Shown: piece by piece, positions 61,133-64,000 of the stretch | Layout: every line of letters starts with the position of its first letter | How positions within the stretch are numbered: the stretch's first letter is position 1 | Assembly (NCBI GenBank): GCA_963758525.1 | Contig: CAVWVQ010000003.1 | Location: forward strand, 1,664,001-1,728,000 | Reading direction: 5' to 3' | Source: an uncultured Phycisphaerales bacterium | Lineage (GTDB): Bacteria > Planctomycetota > Phycisphaerae > Tepidisphaerales > Tepidisphaeraceae | DNA: 64,000 nt | Made by a program: the position numbers and the translations under genes | The notes under the pieces: model-generated | Seen by the model: the letters and a program-made list of their open reading frames with translations, nothing else | Told to the model about the DNA's origin: nothing | The model's database searches: none

Positions 61133-64000
61133 ATGAACACGACAAATACCGCAGACACCGAATCACACGTGCTCGACGACATTCCGATCTACCTCGCCGA
61201 CGGCCTGGGCGATGCGGAGCGAGAGCGGGTTGAGTCCCACATCGCCAACTGCCCGGATTGCGGCGCGGCCATGGTCGACGCCAGGGCGATGGACGATTCG
61301 CTCCACGCGCTGTTCGACCCGACGGCTCCCGATGGTGATTTCGAGGATCGAATGATCGCGGGTTTTCGTGAGAAGACGACGCACCGAACGCTGCATCCAA
61401 TGGTTCGCCGGGCGGCGATTGGGGTCGCAGCGTCGATACTGCTCGGGAGCGTTGGATACTACGCGCAGCAGAATATCGGGCGATTGGAGCACAGCTCGCC
61501 AACGTTGGCGATGTCGCCACCAGAAGCCGTGAGTGCGAAGCTATTGCCCTCCTCGGATTCGAACGGCGGCTTCACCCTGCGGGGCAGGTCTGTCACGCTC
61601 AAAGAGGCCCAACTCAGCGCGGGAATCTCAGATACCCTTGCTGTTCCACAACGACTGGGTAGGGCGTATTCGAACGCAAGCTCGAACGGAAAAGACGCGA
61701 CTCTCTCGTTATCGGGACAGAATTCGTACCGTGGTGCCACGTCTGTCACCGCCGGAACTGCGTACTTCGATGCCGCCGGGAAAAGAGAAACTCCTTCGCC
61801 AAGCCATCAAGGAGAAAATGTCTTGTATGGAGACGGCCACGTTGAGTTGGACCGCACCGGCGGGCGGCAGTCTGGGGACAAGCCTGCGGCTGACCCCCAC
61901 AACGGCCCGGTGGATGCCTATGACTCGATTCTCCTTCCAACCAGTGACGGCCCATCTGCTTCTTCTGCAACTCCTCCCCCCTCTCCCGTCGCGCCGATAA
62001 CGGCCCCCCGAGCCGCGACGGCAGCCCCTGGAGAAAGCGTCGCGCCGCAACAACTGGGCACTGACAACACGCCGCCTTCGCCTGGCGCCGTCAAGAAGCA
62101 GACACACGAGCAACTAACCCAGGCGACTTCGGGCGATGCTGCGGCTCGGGCCAAAGAACGCGACGAGGCCCCCCAAAGTGCTGCGGATGGTGCGAGATCG
62201 CTTGAGGCTGCGCCCAATTCGCCGGCCGCGCCCGACGAAAACACCGTCGCCTCCCGCAAGATCGTGCGCGAGGGCGAAATGACCTTCGAGATCGACAGCT
62301 TCGACTCAACAGTCATGACGATTGGCAAGATCGTCGCCGAGGAAGGCGGATTCGTTTCCACGACGGATTCGGACAAACTGGCCAATGGGAAGGTGAAGGG
62401 GACGGTGATCCTGCGGATCCCGCCGGAGCATCTGGATACGCTCGTGCTCAAGCTGCGCGGCATCGGCGACCTGATGAGCCAGAAGATCAACGCGCAGGAC
62501 ATCACCAAGCAATACACCGATCTGGAGAGCGAACTCCGCGCGGCACGGGCGATGGAAGAGCGGCTCCTGGACATCATCAAGAACGGCAAGGGACCCGTGA
62601 AAGATCTGCTCGAAGCGGAGAAGCAGCTCGGCGTCTGGCGCGAGAAGATCGAACACGTCGAAGGGGAATTGCGCTACGACAACAATTTGATCTCGCTCTC
62701 CACGCTCACGATCACGCTGATGGAGCGCGACATCAAGTCGGCCGCGTTCAGCTCGATCACCGAGCAGGTGACGATGGCGCTGGAAACCGAGAAGGTGGAG
62801 GAGGCGTACAACGCAGCCCGTGAGGCGATCGATAGCGCCAAGGGACGGATCATCGCGTCTGAGCTGAAGCAGTATGAAGCCGGGCAGTTTGGCGCCACGC
62901 TCAAGGCGCAGCTCCCGCCGGATGCCGCCGAGGCGGTGATCGGGCGGATCCGGCAGCTCGAAGGGCGCGTCGCCAACTTCCAACGCCAGCGCAGCCAGAG
63001 CGATCAGGGCGGGTCGGCCGCTCCGCTGGATGCGTCGAAGGTGAAGCGCGAGAGCGTCACGCTGTCGCTGACGATCTACAACCTCGCGAACATCGCGCCG
63101 CGCCGGACGACCACGCTGACGCTCGCGGCGAATAATGTCGAAGAGACCTACACGGCGATTCTCGACCAGGTCTCCAAGGCGGGCGCTCGCGTCGTCGCTT
63201 CGAATCTCAACCGCTCGCGTCCCGAGCAATCGAGCGGCTCGATCACGCTCGACGCCCCGACGGACAAAGCCGACGCCCTCCTGACGGCGCTGCGCGGCAG
63301 CGGGGAGTTGCTCAGCCAGGAAAGCAACGAAAACCCCGACACGCAGAACGTGACCAACGCCAAGCGCGGCCTGGTGGTGCAGGTGGTCTCCCTGGCGGGC
63401 GTGCAGGCCCGGCAGAGCGAGTCGTTGCAGCTTGCCTCGCTCGACGTGCCGGCCGCATTCAGCACGATCCTCGACGCGCTCCGCGCCGCCGATGCCCGCA
63501 TCATCGCTTCGCAGCTCAACCAGCAGGACCCGGCCAACAAGAGCGCGACGATCGTTTTCGACATCTCCCGCACCGCCCGTCTTCCCATCGACGCGGCCTT
63601 CGACAAGGTGGGCGAAATCGTCTCCCGCAACATCACCCGCTCCCAGGACACGGCCAACACGCTTGAAAGCAAATTGCACTTCGAGCTGGCGCTGCAGAGT
63701 GCCGAGGTGCTCCCCGCGCGTGAGACGACGACGCTCGGCGTGGAAGTGCCGGACGTGCAGAAGTCGGTTGATGATCTGCTTGCCCTCGTCGGCGAAGACG
63801 GCGGGCGCGAGATCGACAAGGACATTTCCCAGGACCCCAACGGCCGGTCGCTGGCACACGTGATCGTTGAAGTGCCGCTCGACAAGGCGGGAGCATTGAG
63901 CGAGCGGATCGAAAGCTGGGGCCATCGCCGGGTGAAGCAAGTGGCGAAAAACCCGCAAGCCGACCAGGGCAAGCTCGCGCACGGCCGGCTCGAAGTAACG
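61133..64000 (+). CDS. zf-HC2 anti-sigma fused to DUF4349 and repeats; more than 955 aa, runs off window end
   Basis: Frame appears open from ATG 61133: HIANCPDC, TM segment, RKIVREG..QDITKQYTDL (DUF4349). Missing from the ORF track, presumably because no stop lies in the window. Confidence 0.88.
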   Translation, partial: MNTTNTADTESHVLDDIPIYLADGLGDAERERVESHIANCPDCGAAMVDARAMDDSLHALFDPTAPDGDFEDRMIAGFREKTTHRTLHPMVRRAAIGVAASILLGSVGYYAQQNIGRLEHSSPTLAMSPPEAVSAKLLPSSDSNGGFTLRGRSVTLKEAQLSAGISDTLAVPQRLGRAYSNASSNGKDATLSLSGQNSYRGATSVTAGTAYFDAAGKRETPSPSHQGENVLYGDGHVELDRTGGRQSGDKPAADPHNGPVDAYDSILLPTSDGPSASSATPPPSPVAPITAPRAATAAPGESVAPQQLGTDNTPPSPGAVKKQTHEQLTQATSGDAAARAKERDEAPQSAADGARSLEAAPNSPAAPDENTVASRKIVREGEMTFEIDSFDSTVMTIGKIVAEEGGFVSTTDSDKLANGKVKGTVILRIPPEHLDTLVLKLRGIGDLMSQKINAQDITKQYTDLESELRAARAMEERLLDIIKNGKGPVKDLLEAEKQLGVWREKIEHVEGELRYDNNLISLSTLTITLMERDIKSAAFSSITEQVTMALETEKVEEAYNAAREAIDSAKGRIIASELKQYEAGQFGATLKAQLPPDAAEAVIGRIRQLEGRVANFQRQRSQSDQGGSAAPLDASKVKRESVTLSLTIYNLANIAPRRTTTLTLAANNVEETYTAILDQVSKAGARVVASNLNRSRPEQSSGSITLDAPTDKADALLTALRGSGELLSQESNENPDTQNVTNAKRGLVVQVVSLAGVQARQSESLQLASLDVPAAFSTILDALRAADARIIASQLNQQDPANKSATIVFDISRTARLPIDAAFDKVGEIVSRNITRSQDTANTLESKLHFELALQSAEVLPARETTTLGVEVPDVQKSVDDLLALVGEDGGREIDKDISQDPNGRSLAHVIVEVPLDKAGALSERIESWGHRRVKQVAKNPQADQGKLAHGRLEVT

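Noticed and set aside
1..64000. CRISPR array, tRNA, rRNA, reverse transcriptase/DGR
   Set aside because: No regularly spaced 23-47-bp repeats with unique spacers, cloverleaf, rRNA-like tract or RT motif was seen by eye.

Overview
GC-rich bacterial window, most likely Planctomycetota (Phycisphaerae/Tepidisphaera-like). This is inferred from the DUF1592/DUF1552 pair, an excisionase-HTH response regulator and many intergenic heptamer/REP repeats. All family assignments come from motif recognition by eye, not database searches. Many conserved genes carry single frameshifts, which most likely reflects indel-type sequencing error. Housekeeping content: murQ, a candidate 6S RNA, tilS, aat/clpS, anmK, an HDOD-kinase/response-regulator set, rpsD, a glycosyltransferase cluster, the DUF1592/DUF1552 pair, and an ECF sigma factor with a very large anti-sigma. 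Accessory block 1 (about 3.9-14.2 kb) holds a cobalt thiocyanate-hydrolase/nitrile-hydratase-like operon with a NiCoT transporter, a Cys-rich thioredoxin-like protein and a haloperoxidase-type hydrolase, followed by TA modules, a GIY-YIG nuclease, a DNA glycosylase and a deletion scar. Accessory block 2 (about 19.1-34.0 kb) is a putative defence island: an internally deleted MmeI-like gene, two PD-(D/E)xK-like nucleases, two DUF3800 proteins, a UDG-superfamily protein, a CBS-HEPN protein, an Mrr remnant, two complete IS elements and a RAYT with flanking REP pairs. The most striking signal is the second DUF3800 gene, which is met head-on by a candidate ~70-nt pseudoknotted small RNA with its own sigma70-like promoter and intrinsic terminator. 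This is a candidate protein-RNA (type III toxin-antitoxin-like or RNA-partnered) defence module.
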